Made by a program: the position numbers and the translations under genes. Below the pieces are notes generated by a model. It was not told the DNA's origin. It did not search any database and was given only the letters and a program-made list of their open reading frames with translations. This document shows positions 63,883 through 64,000 of a stretch of 64,000 nucleotides of DNA, in pieces. Every line of letters starts with the position of its first letter. The first letter of the stretch is position 1. The stretch lies in the NCBI GenBank assembly GCA_002269645.1, contig NIVC01003583.1, positions 25,592 to 89,591 on the forward strand. The letters run 5' to 3'. This DNA comes from Macrostomum lignano. Its lineage: Eukaryota.

Positions 63883-64000
63883 ATCTCCTAAACCCTAAAT
63901 TTGTGCATTTTTGTATAAAATGGGTATATAAAACTATGCTATTGTGATAAAAAATCATTTTCATTATAATGAATTCAGCTTTATTGATTCTTTTCTTAGC

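Overview
Eukaryotic (invertebrate-type) genomic DNA; repeat-stuffed introns and GC-rich exons would fit a flatworm such as Macrostomum, but that is inference. Bases 1-45 kb hold three tandem, minus-strand, intronless ~8.9 kb sacsin-like genes (211-9144, 16310-25238, 35557-44481). Each encodes only two GHKL/Hsp90-like sacsin repeats, a J-like segment lacking HPD, a variable Gly-rich linker and a C-terminal HEPN domain. The copies are mosaics of one another. All three are broken in this assembly. Copy 1 has a true nonsense substitution, copy 3 has a net 23-bp deletion, and copy 2 has only 1-2 bp indels that look like sequencing or consensus errors. The spacers contain diverged homologous blocks, three different satellites expanded at one homologous site, several non-autonomous DNA transposons with 8-bp TSDs, and a solo LTR. 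At the right end a six-exon FAM47-family gene (minus) lies head-to-head with the 5' part of an SLK/LOK-type STE20 kinase (plus). No rRNA, tRNA or CRISPR array was seen.
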